From the NCBI GenBank assembly GCA_038128265.1, contig JAYPJE010000032.1:1-49659 (forward strand): a DNA stretch of 49,659 nt. The letters are read 5' to 3'. Shown one piece after another: positions 27,036 to 35,773 of the stretch. The position numbers and the translations under genes are program-made. This DNA is from Gemmatimonadota bacterium. GTDB taxonomy: Bacteria > Latescibacterota > UBA2968 > UBA8231. A model generated the notes under the pieces. The model was not told the origin of the DNA and searched no databases. It saw only the letters and a list, made by a program, of their open reading frames with translations. Numbering within the stretch: position 1 is the first letter of the stretch; every line of letters begins with the position of its first letter.

Positions 27036-27869
27036 GTGATTCCTCCTCTGCGCATTGCCCACCGCGGTGCCTCTGGTCGCGGTCTGGCGCCCGAGAATAC
27101 GCTGGCGGCGTTTGAAAAGGCCGTTGAGATTGGCGTCGATTTACTGGAGATCGACGTGCGTATTACCGGCGACGGCCACCTGATCGTCCTGCACGATCCG
27201 AGTCTCGATCGCACGACCGATCGCCAGGGACTTGTGCGCGATTTAACGCTGGAACAAGTGCGCCAGGCCGATGCGGGCAACGGCGAGCGCGTGCCGCTGC
27301 TGATGGAAGTGCTCGACCTGGCTCGGCACCGAGCCCAGGTGCTGTTGGAGATAAAGTCGGACTTTATTGCCGAACGCGTTCTGCAGGTTGTTTTCGAAGG
27401 GCGAGCAGAAGAGCAGGTCGTCCTGCAGTCGTTTAATCCGCAGACGGTGCAGCGGACCAAGCTGCTGGCACCTCAGCTGCCGGCAGCCCTATTGGTGGGC
27501 CAGTTGCCGACTACGCCGTCGCGCGTGCGCGCTCGCCGCTTGGTGACGCAGGTGTTGGAAGTCGGTGCCAACGCGCTTTCTATCTGGCATGCGACGCTCA
27601 CGCCGCCGCTCGTCGAGGAAATGCGTCGACGGGGCATTGCCGTGTGGGGCTGGACCGTCGACGAGGAGATTGCCATGCGCGATTTGGCGATGATGGGCGT
27701 GCAGGGCATTATCACCAACTATCCCGATGTGCTCAACCAGGTGCTTGACGATCTGGTTGACAGTGGGCAAGTGCAACCGCCCCTAGGGCGGCGCCAGCGG
27801 CAAAAGCGCAGCCGCTGGGGGCGTCGTCGGCAGCTGCGCAAGATGCGGGCTATGCGTCGTCGCTACTAG
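27036..27869 (+). CDS. Glycerophosphodiester phosphodiesterase family protein with Arg-rich tail
   Basis: AHRGA, PENTLAAF, EIDV, HD..LDRTT, EIK, SFN, WTVD, GIITNYP. Confidence 0.92.
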   Translation: MIPPLRIAHRGASGRGLAPENTLAAFEKAVEIGVDLLEIDVRITGDGHLIVLHDPSLDRTTDRQGLVRDLTLEQVRQADAGNGERVPLLMEVLDLARHRAQVLLEIKSDFIAERVLQVVFEGRAEEQVVLQSFNPQTVQRTKLLAPQLPAALLVGQLPTTPSRVRARRLVTQVLEVGANALSIWHATLTPPLVEEMRRRGIAVWGWTVDEEIAMRDLAMMGVQGIITNYPDVLNQVLDDLVDSGQVQPPLGRRQRQKRSRWGRRRQLRKMRAMRRRY

Positions 27870-27953
27870 CGTTTGTTGCCCTTCCCGCAGGGTAGCTCAA
27901 GGCACAGCTATTGTGCTGCCGCACAGCAGCATAGATGGGCGAAGAAAAACCGC

Positions 27954-27983
27954 TTGACGCGCTGTGGGCGGCAAATCTATATT
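27954..27983 (+). promoter_or_regulatory. Putative sigma70 promoter for the cNMP-domain gene cluster
   Basis: TTGACG-N18-TATATT, 45 nt upstream of ATG 28029. Confidence 0.55.
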
Positions 27984-28028
27984 GAGTTTATATGTGTGTA
28001 TCTCGTTATCTTTCGATAGGTTAGCTAT

Positions 28029-28514
28029 ATGTCTGCGCCTGAACTTGGCGTGTTGCGATCCTCGCCGCTTATGCATGGGATGGGGGAAGCCGATTTAGAG
28101 GCCCTGCTGGGCACGGCCGAGCGCCGTCTCTACGAGGCCGGCGATCTGATTGTCGAAGAGGACACGCCGAGCGACTGTTTGTTTATCCTGGCCGATGGGG
28201 CCGTGCGCGTCACCAAGGGCACCGGCGAAGACGCCGTTGAGCTATGCGTCCTCGAGGATAGCGGTGAGTTCTTTGGCGAGATGTCGCTTATCGATATTCT
28301 GCCTCGTTCGGCTAGCGTAGTAGCCAACAGCCAAACGCGTATATTGGCCTTTCCAAAGCGGGTTCTGACCACTCTGTTTACAAAAGTGCCGCGCGTGCAG
28401 ATGACGCTCGTGTTGAATATTGCTCGCAATTTATCGCTGCGACTGCGCGATGCCGACGAACTGATCGCAAAACTTGCACTCGAGGGCGGATCAAGCAGTA
28501 GGGGCTTAGTCTAA
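28029..28514 (+). CDS. Stand-alone cyclic nucleotide-binding domain protein
   Basis: GEFFGEMSLIDILPRSASV phosphate-binding cassette, C-helix IARNLSLRLR, no HTH. Confidence 0.9.
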   Translation: MSAPELGVLRSSPLMHGMGEADLEALLGTAERRLYEAGDLIVEEDTPSDCLFILADGAVRVTKGTGEDAVELCVLEDSGEFFGEMSLIDILPRSASVVANSQTRILAFPKRVLTTLFTKVPRVQMTLVLNIARNLSLRLRDADELIAKLALEGGSSSRGLV

Positions 28515-28985
28515 ATGGTTGATAAAGTAGAATTTATGTTCGCTTTACTCGAGGGTTCTCCCCTCTTTGAAGGCCTGAGTGAGGCCGAGATTAACGGCCT
28601 GTTGGAATGCGCTGAAGTCGATGATTTTGCCGATGGGCAAACGGTTGTTGAGGAAGGTTCGTTGGGCGACGCCATTTTTCTTCTCTGCGACGGCAAACTG
28701 TCTATCTCGACGTGCGATGCCCAGGGGCGCAAGGTAGAACTGGCCCAGTTAGATCAGCGCGGCGCCTTTTTTGGCGAGATCTCCATTGCCGATCCCGGCC
28801 CGCGCTCGGCGACTGTGTGTGCGTCCGGCAGCGCCTTGCTGCTAAAGCTTCCCCTGGAGGCGCTCGATGCATTCTTTGCTAAATTCTCCAACGCTCAGGT
28901 CGTAATTTTGCGCAATATTGCCTGCGTGCTCGCCCGGCGCCTGCGCGACTCCAACGCCCTCGTTTCGTCGCTATCTTCGTCTTAA
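28515..28985 (+). CDS. Stand-alone cyclic nucleotide-binding domain protein
   Basis: PLFEGL, VEEGSLGD, FFGEISIADPGPRSATV, IACVLARRLR. Confidence 0.9.
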   Translation: MVDKVEFMFALLEGSPLFEGLSEAEINGLLECAEVDDFADGQTVVEEGSLGDAIFLLCDGKLSISTCDAQGRKVELAQLDQRGAFFGEISIADPGPRSATVCASGSALLLKLPLEALDAFFAKFSNAQVVILRNIACVLARRLRDSNALVSSLSSS

Positions 28986-28997
28986 GCGCCTGCTGCG

Positions 28998-29198
28998 GTG
29001 CTGGAGACTGCGTTTGCCTGCCTGCTGCTGGTCGTGATTGCACTGCGCTACTTAAAACCCTTTGCCGCCCGCTGCCCTGGATGCAACGAGCGTCGGGAGG
29101 ACGCCGAAGCGCCTCTCTGTCCCCACTGCGGGTGGGTGTACGAGGTGGAGGGCGAAGACGATGACTACGTCGGCAGCGAAGAGGATTCAGGTCTCTGA
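28998..29198 (+). CDS. Small membrane-anchored zinc-ribbon protein
   Basis: N-terminal hydrophobic helix, CPGC..CPHCG, acidic tail; stop overlaps the next ATG. Confidence 0.6.
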   Translation: MLETAFACLLLVVIALRYLKPFAARCPGCNERREDAEAPLCPHCGWVYEVEGEDDDYVGSEEDSGL

Positions 29199-29509
29199 TG
29201 GAATGGGTAATTGCTGTACTGGCTATAGGCTGTTTGTTTTTTGCCTTTCAGATCGCCATGGATTTCATCAAGTATAAGGGGGTTGTCGAGCCGCGTATTC
29301 AGCGCCTCGAGTCGGCGCGGGCCGATTTGGAGCGCCGCATCGCCGAGGCGCGCAGTGGGTTGGAAAAAGCCCAGAGCGAATTGGAGCCGACAAAGGAGGA
29401 AGTTGAAGCGCTTGAGCGCGAGTATCTGGCCCTGCAGGAGCAGATTCGCGTGGAACGCACTAAGACGCGCCGTCGCTCGCCCGTAGTGGAGGGCGAAGAG
29501 AGCGATTAA
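29198..29509 (+). CDS. Small membrane-anchored coiled-coil protein
   Basis: N-terminal TM followed by a heptad-rich charged helix. Confidence 0.65.
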   Translation: MEWVIAVLAIGCLFFAFQIAMDFIKYKGVVEPRIQRLESARADLERRIAEARSGLEKAQSELEPTKEEVEALEREYLALQEQIRVERTKTRRRSPVVEGEESD

Positions 29510-29534
29510 ACAAGTATTTATGGGCGTTTTATGC

Positions 29535-29564
29535 TTGACAAGCCTGCGTGCTTATTTTTAGATT
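29535..29564 (+). promoter_or_regulatory. Putative sigma70 promoter of the lipoprotein gene
   Basis: TTGACA-N18-TAGATT in an AT-rich intergenic region. Confidence 0.6.
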
Positions 29565-29629
29565 GTTTTTGCTCTATTTGGTGCGTTTAAAACGATTGAA
29601 AACGCCGTTATTACAACGGGAAGGTGATC

Positions 29630-30259
29630 ATGAAAATGCGGGTTGTTTCGCTCTTTTGGGCCCTGGCCAGTATGGCGCTGTTTGTCGGCTGTGGTGGCGA
29701 GCCCCCCACGTCTGATTTGGCTGCGGCCAAGCAAGCGCTGGATGCGGCGCGTGCCGCTGGTGCAGAAAAGTTTGCTTCTTCCGACTATTCGGCCGCCCAG
29801 GGAGCCTATGGCGGTGCCGAACAGGCGGTCAATACCGAGGCCGAGAAGCTGTTCAAGAATTTTGATCAGGCAAAGGGCATGATTGCCGATGCCAAGGCCA
29901 AGGCCGACCGTGCCAAGGCCGCTGCCGAAGCGGAAAAGGGTCGTTTGCGCAGCGCGGCTGAAGGTGCTATTTCGGCGGCCTCTTCGGCCGTCCAGCAGGC
30001 GCGCGCCGGCGTTGATGCCGCGCCCGCAGGCAAAGGCACGGAGAGCGATATCGAGCAGCTTCGCGCCGACCTAGGTGGTGCCGACGCTGATATAAACGCC
30101 GCGCGCTCGGCCGTGTCCAGCGAAGACTTTGACCAGGCGCAGGCGCGCGCGAAGAGCGCACAGGACAAGGCCGCACAGGTGGCCAGCGGCGTGCAGGCTG
30201 CGACGCAGAAGTACGAAGAGCTGGTTGAGAAGATGCGTCCCTGGTACGATCGCATCTAA
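29630..30259 (+). CDS. Ala-rich helical lipoprotein (DUF4398-like)
   Basis: Lipobox LFVG-C; PP..LAAAKQALDAARAAGAEKFA..Y..A is typical of DUF4398. Has its own promoter and terminator. Confidence 0.8.
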   Translation: MKMRVVSLFWALASMALFVGCGGEPPTSDLAAAKQALDAARAAGAEKFASSDYSAAQGAYGGAEQAVNTEAEKLFKNFDQAKGMIADAKAKADRAKAAAEAEKGRLRSAAEGAISAASSAVQQARAGVDAAPAGKGTESDIEQLRADLGGADADINAARSAVSSEDFDQAQARAKSAQDKAAQVASGVQAATQKYEELVEKMRPWYDRI

Positions 30260-30280
30260 CAGACGATCTCTGACGATGAG

Positions 30281-30317
30281 AGGCGGTCGGGAGGCAGGTT
30301 CCTCCCGACCGCTTTTT
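30281..30317 (+). terminator. Rho-independent terminator
   Basis: GCGGTCGGGAGG-CAGGTT-CCTCCCGACCGC-TTTTT (perfect 12-bp stem). Confidence 0.9.
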
Positions 30318-30322
30318 CGTGT

Positions 30323-30904
30323 ATGCTACGCCCCTATTGGACCTTCTTATTGCTCACGTGTCTGGTGGTGGAGGTGCATGTCGCCGCCGGCTCGCCTCCA
30401 CCCGAGACGGAGTCCACGCGCCAGCAGCTGCGCGCGGCCGTTCGCGCGCGCCTGCTTTCCGAACCCTACATCGTCATAGATACGCAGGATAACCGCCTGC
30501 AGCTTCGCCGAGCGGGGGAGGTCGTGCACGAAGCCGTGTGTGCGACGGGCAGCGGGCGCAAGCTGGAAGGGGAAAAGAAATGGCACCAATGGCAGTTTTA
30601 CACGCCAAAGGGCCGCTTTTCCATCGTGCGCAAGGAAGAGGATCCGCTGTGGATTCGCCCGGTATGGGACTTTATCGAAAACGATGAAGAGATCCCCGTA
30701 TTTGCGGAAGATCGCCGGCGTTTTCAGCGCGGCGTGCTGGGCGAGTATGCCCTGTATTTTGCCCCCGATTACATGATTCACGGCACGCTCTTTGAGGTCA
30801 ACTTGGGCAAGAGCATCACGCATGGCTGCGTTCGCTTGGGCGCAGACGACCTGCGCTACCTATATGCGAACGCGGATGTGGGCTGTCCGGTTTTCATTTA
30901 CTGA
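30323..30904 (+). CDS. L,D-transpeptidase (YkuD family), exported
   Basis: Signal peptide; YIVID, ATGSG, FYTPKGRF, PLW, LGEYALY, IHGT, ITHGCVRL catalytic motif. Confidence 0.92.
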   Translation: MLRPYWTFLLLTCLVVEVHVAAGSPPPETESTRQQLRAAVRARLLSEPYIVIDTQDNRLQLRRAGEVVHEAVCATGSGRKLEGEKKWHQWQFYTPKGRFSIVRKEEDPLWIRPVWDFIENDEEIPVFAEDRRRFQRGVLGEYALYFAPDYMIHGTLFEVNLGKSITHGCVRLGADDLRYLYANADVGCPVFIY

Positions 30905-30921
30905 TTGTCAGGGGGCAGCAG

Positions 30922-31881
30922 ATGAGGGGTCTTGAGCTGAGGGAGGGAAACGTGGCGCTGCGCACGGATCTACCCGTCCCCGAGCCTGCTCACGGCGAGG
31001 CGCTGGTGCGCGTGCTGAAAGCGGGAATCTGCAATACGGACCTGGAATTGTGCAAAGGATACTATCCCTTTAACGGCGTGCTGGGCCATGAGTTTGTCGG
31101 CGTTGTCGAGCGCGGCGATGCTGCATGGCTCGGTCGGCGCGTGGTTGGTGAAATCAATGCGGTATGCGGCCGGTGTGTGGCGTGTCGCGCCGGGCGTCGG
31201 CCGCACTGCCTACAGCGCACCGTGCTGGGCATCGTCGGACGCGATGGGGCCTTTGCCGAGTATTTGACCCTGCCGCAGGAGAATTTGCACGCCGTTCCCG
31301 ATGCGGTTACAACGGATCGAGCTACTTTTGTCGAGCCGCTGGCCGCCGCGCTGCAGATTCAGGAACAAGTCCAAATTGGTTCGGATGCGCGCGTGTTGGT
31401 CATAGGTGAGGGCAAACTAGGCCAGCTCGTGGCACAAACGCTGGCATTGACCGGGTGCCAATTGGTCGTCGTCGGGCGTCATGAACGCAAGCTGGCGATG
31501 CTGTCTGCGAGAGGTATTGCAACGGCGCGTGAGGGCGAAGTCGAAGCAGGCGCATTCGACGTGGCGGTGGAGTGCACTGGCAATGCAAGCGGTTTTGCCG
31601 CGGCTCGTCAGGCATTGAGGGCGCGTGGAACCCTAGTTATGAAGAGCACGTATGTCGGATCCCTACCCATCGATGCCTCGGCTATCGTCGTAGATGAAAT
31701 TACGCTCATCGGTTCGCGCTGTGGCCCGTTCCGCCCGGCGCTGCGCGCGCTCGAATGCGGCGACATAGACGTCGACGGCCTAGTAGAGGCACGCGTTGAT
31801 TTAGCGCGCGGAGTGGAGGCTTTTGCGCGTGCCGGAGAGCGCGGTGCAATGAAAATACTGCTCGATATTGGCGAGGAATAG
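30922..31881 (+). CDS. Zn-dependent medium-chain dehydrogenase/reductase
   Basis: GICNTD, GHEFVG, CGRCVAC...HC structural Zn site, FVEPLAA, GEGKLG. Confidence 0.92.
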   Translation: MRGLELREGNVALRTDLPVPEPAHGEALVRVLKAGICNTDLELCKGYYPFNGVLGHEFVGVVERGDAAWLGRRVVGEINAVCGRCVACRAGRRPHCLQRTVLGIVGRDGAFAEYLTLPQENLHAVPDAVTTDRATFVEPLAAALQIQEQVQIGSDARVLVIGEGKLGQLVAQTLALTGCQLVVVGRHERKLAMLSARGIATAREGEVEAGAFDVAVECTGNASGFAAARQALRARGTLVMKSTYVGSLPIDASAIVVDEITLIGSRCGPFRPALRALECGDIDVDGLVEARVDLARGVEAFARAGERGAMKILLDIGEE

Positions 31882-32406
31882 ATGGGGGTCTTCGGCATGC
31901 TTATGCTCGCGGCCTATCTGGCCAGTCCGCATTGGCTGCACGCTAGCCCAAAGCCGGTTGACGTCGATGAGTCGCTGCGCGCATGGCTCGAACAGCTGTC
32001 GGCCGACGAGCCCTACCTGCTGGTCGACGGGACCGCGCAAACGGTTTCGCTAATGCACGCCGGCGCCGTGCTGCGCGTTTGTGCGCTGCGCGGAGAGCAG
32101 CCCATTGCCCTACCTGCTGCCCGCGATACGCTGGAGGCGCATCTGCGCCGCTATCGTCCACTTGTTCCGCTGGCGCAGCTGCAGCCTGGGTCGTTTGACT
32201 GGGAGGACCGTCTCGTGCGCGAAGCACCGGACGACGGCGCCCTGTATTTTGCCAGCGGCGCTCTGCTCGCCGCCGATGACGTCTGGCAGCGGCAGCAGGG
32301 GACTGTCCTGTTGGTTGATGTGCGCGACTTTCGAGCCCTGTATAACGCAGGTGTCGACGGTATGCCGCTCGTTTTTCTGCCCGTAGGCTGGCAGCTCGAT
32401 GAGTGA
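31882..32406 (+). CDS. Degenerate YkuD-like (L,D-transpeptidase fold) protein lacking the catalytic motif
   Basis: Segments align by eye with 30323..30904 (EPYLLVD/EPYIVID; GALYFASG/YALYFAPD; DFRALYNAGVDGMPL/DLRYLYANADVGCPV), but HGT and HGC are absent. Confidence 0.55.
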   Translation: MGVFGMLMLAAYLASPHWLHASPKPVDVDESLRAWLEQLSADEPYLLVDGTAQTVSLMHAGAVLRVCALRGEQPIALPAARDTLEAHLRRYRPLVPLAQLQPGSFDWEDRLVREAPDDGALYFASGALLAADDVWQRQQGTVLLVDVRDFRALYNAGVDGMPLVFLPVGWQLDE

Positions 32407-33664
32407 GCTGTGCGCCGGCGGTGCACGCATCGATATAACGCCCAGCGTCGGTACGTCCATGGGGGGCTATTGGGAACGGAGCGGTGCGGCTGTTGGCGTA
32501 GCGGCACCGCTCTACGCGCGCGCTGCGGCTTTTCAGCGCGGCGATCAGCGCTGTGCCTTAGTTAGCTTGGATCTGGTTGCCGTTGGAGCCGACAGCGCGC
32601 GGCGGATACGCGCCCATGCCCAAGAGCGCATAGCTCTACCAGCTGCGGCGCTCATGGTATGCGCTTCGCATACGCACTCCGGTCCTCTGACGCTGTCCTA
32701 TCGCGGCATGGGTAGGTTGGATGCCGATTATTTAGCCCGCCTCGAGCAGGCGGCGGCAGCGGCAGTGGAGGAGGCATTTGCACGCGTAGAGCCCGTGCAG
32801 CTTCGCTATGCGCGCGCGCCGGTTCATATCGGTGTTAATCGCCGCTGGGAAGCGCGCACCGGCATTGAACACGCCCATGTAATATGGTGTGAGGGAAGGA
32901 ACGGGGCGTCGGTCACTGTTTTTCACTACGCGTGTCATCCCGTGGTGTTGGGGGCCCACAATCGGCACATAAGCGGCGATTTTGTCGGCGAGGCCGCGCG
33001 GCGCATCGAGGGCCAAACCGGTGGGACGGCTCTTTTTGTGAATGGTGCCTGCGGCGATATAAATCCGAGGAAAACCAATGGCACGGCTGAAGATGTGGTG
33101 GAGTTGGGAGAGGAGTTGGCGGCGATCGCGTTGGAGACTCGCTCCCGCGCGAAACCGCTCGCGGTAGGCTCTATTCGCAGCGCACTGCACGCGGTTGATT
33201 TGCCGCTGAGTGAAGAGCGCCCCACGCGCCGTTTACTGATCGCGCTGTCGGTAAAATACGCGCTGCGCAAAATCCTCAGCGGTTCCAATAGCGGCTTGCT
33301 CAATGCGGCGCGTGCCCGCTTGCAGTGGGCTGTCGATGCGGCGCGCGAACGGGGAGAGGCCACCCAAGCATTTTCCATACACGGGATGGCGCTCGGGCAG
33401 TTGGTATTTTTGGGCTGTGAGGGTGAACTTTTTGCGCGCTACCAGCTAGCGGCTGAAGAGGCCAGCTCACAGTGCGTCTTGCTGTGTGGATTGGCCAATG
33501 GCTGTATTGGCTATGTGCCGACGGCAGACGAGTATGCGCGCGGTGGCTATGAGATTGAAGAGGCCTACAAGGTGTATCCCGGCACGCGCTGCGTCGCGCC
33601 CGAGAGCGAAGCGCTCATCCTGCGCGCGGTAGAGCAGATGCTGGCCGGGCTGGGCGGAGACTAA
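32399..33664 (+). CDS. Neutral/alkaline ceramidase N-terminal-domain amidohydrolase-like protein
   Basis: IDITP, MGGY, PLYARA, VSLDL, ASHTHSGP, VNRR, YACHP, ISGDF, NGACGDINP, GYVPT...GGYE. Confidence 0.82.
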   Translation: MSELCAGGARIDITPSVGTSMGGYWERSGAAVGVAAPLYARAAAFQRGDQRCALVSLDLVAVGADSARRIRAHAQERIALPAAALMVCASHTHSGPLTLSYRGMGRLDADYLARLEQAAAAAVEEAFARVEPVQLRYARAPVHIGVNRRWEARTGIEHAHVIWCEGRNGASVTVFHYACHPVVLGAHNRHISGDFVGEAARRIEGQTGGTALFVNGACGDINPRKTNGTAEDVVELGEELAAIALETRSRAKPLAVGSIRSALHAVDLPLSEERPTRRLLIALSVKYALRKILSGSNSGLLNAARARLQWAVDAARERGEATQAFSIHGMALGQLVFLGCEGELFARYQLAAEEASSQCVLLCGLANGCIGYVPTADEYARGGYEIEEAYKVYPGTRCVAPESEALILRAVEQMLAGLGGD

Positions 33665-33847
33665 TTAGCGAGCCGAGAAAAAGCGCGCGTCTGTACCGCC
33701 TTCGCCAATGCGCAGGGACACGCGCTTGCCGCAGCGCGGACAGCCGCCCTCATATGCGTTTTTCGCTTGGTTTATATAGACCCGCGAATACACGTTGCAG
33801 CACGTGAAGTGCACGCCGAGAAATTTGCGTTTTTCTGCCTGGTTCAT
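33665..33847 (-). CDS. Small conserved-looking Cys-rich protein (60 aa)
   Basis: MNQAEKRKFLGVHFTCCNVYSRVY..GGCPRCG..GGTDARFF; CC and CxxC motifs; promoter directly upstream. Confidence 0.7.
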   Translation of the reverse strand: MNQAEKRKFLGVHFTCCNVYSRVYINQAKNAYEGGCPRCGKRVSLRIGEGGTDARFFSAR

Positions 33848-33859
33848 CGCCTTTCGACC

Positions 33860-33889
33860 AATATAGAAAGGCCTGTTAAACGCTGTCAA
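33860..33889 (-). promoter_or_regulatory. Putative sigma70 promoter for the small Cys-rich gene
   Basis: Minus strand TTGACA-N18-TATATT; the -10 box ends 12 nt before ATG 33847. Confidence 0.6.
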
Positions 33890-33950
33890 GCGCGGCTGCG
33901 TCGACCAGTGGCGTTGTGCGTTTTTTTGTGATAATTTACCTATAAAAGCC

Positions 33951-34640
33951 ATGATGAAATCGATTAAACGGGATTTACAGGCGCTCTACGATCAGGTGCC
34001 GGCCACGCGCTGCGCCGGCTCGGGCGAGTGCTGTGAGCTGACCCAAGATGAGTTCGACAACCACTATGCGACGATGTTTCCGCTCTACCGGGTCGAGTAT
34101 GTGCACATCGTCGACTACGTGGAGAGGGAAGTGCCCGCCGAGCGCCGCGAGCAATGGCTGGCACACACGGAGGAACGGCCTCGGCGCTGCCCCTTTCTCG
34201 GCGCCGATCAGGGTTGCTCGATCTATCCTGTTCGACCGCTGATCTGCCGAACGTATGGGGCGATGAATCCGCGCTCCATTCACCGGGAAGCACAGCGGGT
34301 TAGTGGACAGCTGCCCGACCGCTGGATTCGCGACTTTCAGCGGCGTGAAAGTGCGATGGTCTGTCCGCGGGTTGCCGTGCTCGAGCCCGAGAAAGTGCAG
34401 CGCCATGCGCAACATATTATGGACGGAACCTACGAGCGCGAGCTGACGCGGCTCAGCGCACAAGTCGATATCGCCGCAGGCGAGCGCCGCGCCATCTTTC
34501 GCCGCGTTAGCGGACGTCGCAGTTGGCCGCTGCGCTGGAGTTGGGGTGGGTACAACAGCATTCGCTTTGCGCCGCTGACATGGCTACGCGAACATTTTGC
34601 CGCCTATTGGAAGCGGGCGGTGCTGGCCGATGCGGGCTGA
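33951..34640 (+). CDS. YkgJ/FliB-like cysteine-cluster protein
   Basis: CAGSGECC, CPFL...CSIYPVRPLICRTYG, later CP. Confidence 0.8.
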   Translation: MMKSIKRDLQALYDQVPATRCAGSGECCELTQDEFDNHYATMFPLYRVEYVHIVDYVEREVPAERREQWLAHTEERPRRCPFLGADQGCSIYPVRPLICRTYGAMNPRSIHREAQRVSGQLPDRWIRDFQRRESAMVCPRVAVLEPEKVQRHAQHIMDGTYERELTRLSAQVDIAAGERRAIFRRVSGRRSWPLRWSWGGYNSIRFAPLTWLREHFAAYWKRAVLADAG

Positions 34641-34651
34641 GGGTAAACGAC

Positions 34652-34948
34652 GTGCTACAGATACCTGCTGAAGAAGCGCAGGTCGGCGATCGGGTCGCCG
34701 AGCCGGTGCGCGACGAGAGCGGGCGCGTGTTGCTGCCCGTAGGGGCGCGCCTTTCTCCAGCGGTCCTATCGCGCCTGAGCGGCTGGGGCGTACGGGAAAT
34801 TGCGGTGGAAAGGGATGGTGCTGCCGGCGGCAAGAGCACCGCGGATTTGATCGGCGAATTGGATCGACGCTTTGCCGACCACCAGGATGACGCGCTGATG
34901 ATGCGGATTAAGGCGGTGGCTCACAGGCATATCGACCAGCGCCGATGA
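34652..34948 (+). CDS. Small protein resembling the N-terminal module of HD-GYP/HDOD-associated proteins
   Basis: GTG start; G-x2-VA-x-PV-x-D-x2-GRVLL-x2-G-x2-LS-x3-L-x2-L-x2-WGV pattern; ATGA overlap with the HDOD gene. Confidence 0.6.
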   Translation: MLQIPAEEAQVGDRVAEPVRDESGRVLLPVGARLSPAVLSRLSGWGVREIAVERDGAAGGKSTADLIGELDRRFADHQDDALMMRIKAVAHRHIDQRR

Positions 34949-35772
34949 GCGTGGATAGAGACCAACTTCGGCTGCGCGTAGAGCAGGTTGGCAATTTGCC
35001 GACGCTGCCTGGCATCGTAACGCGTATTGCCGAGATGGTCGATCGCGCAGAGACGACGGGCCGACAGCTGGGGCTGGAAATCGCCCGAGATCAGGTCATT
35101 TCCGCCAAGGTGCTCAAGCTGGTCAACTCGGGTTTTTACGGCTTCTCGCAGCCGATAACGACGATTTCCCACGCCGTTACGCTCCTCGGTTTTAATACAG
35201 TGAAAAGCTTAGTGCTGAGCTCGACCGTGCTCGAAATGATGAAGGATTCGCTGCCCGGGCTGTGGGAGCATTCTATGGCCTGTGCGCGAACGTGCTCGCT
35301 TATCGCTGGCCATTTGCAGATGGACGATCCCGAAGAAATCAGCACAGCAGGACTGTTGCACGACTTGGGCAAGGTGGTGCTGCGCCAGACAATGGAGCGG
35401 GAGTTCAACCAAGTCGTAGAAATGGTAGAAGAGCAGGATGTGCTGTTTGTGGAGGCGGAAAGAGCGATTGTAGGGGCACACCACGGGGAGTTGGCTGGCT
35501 GGTTGCTCGAAAAATGGGCGCTGCCGGAGCGTCTAGTCCATCCTATCGTCTCTCATCACGACTTTAACCCAGACTCCGACTATGCGCGCATTACGGCCGT
35601 GTTGCACCTAGCTGACATTCTCTGCCGAGCCGAGTCTTTTGGCAGCGGCGGCGATCGGAAAATTCCGCGCTTGCTGCCCGATGCGTTGGTGGTGCTCGAG
35701 ATGACGGGCGATGACGTAGTCGCTATCATGGACGAGATGAACGAGGAGCTGCGCGATATCGCGCGAATGTGA
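34945..35772 (+). CDS. HDOD domain protein
   Basis: LPTLP, DQVISAKVLKLVNSGFYG, AVTLLG, WEHS, GLLHDLGK, E...G..H...G.WLLEKWALP...HH. Confidence 0.93.
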   Translation: MSVDRDQLRLRVEQVGNLPTLPGIVTRIAEMVDRAETTGRQLGLEIARDQVISAKVLKLVNSGFYGFSQPITTISHAVTLLGFNTVKSLVLSSTVLEMMKDSLPGLWEHSMACARTCSLIAGHLQMDDPEEISTAGLLHDLGKVVLRQTMEREFNQVVEMVEEQDVLFVEAERAIVGAHHGELAGWLLEKWALPERLVHPIVSHHDFNPDSDYARITAVLHLADILCRAESFGSGGDRKIPRLLPDALVVLEMTGDDVVAIMDEMNEELRDIARM

Positions 35773-35773
35773 T

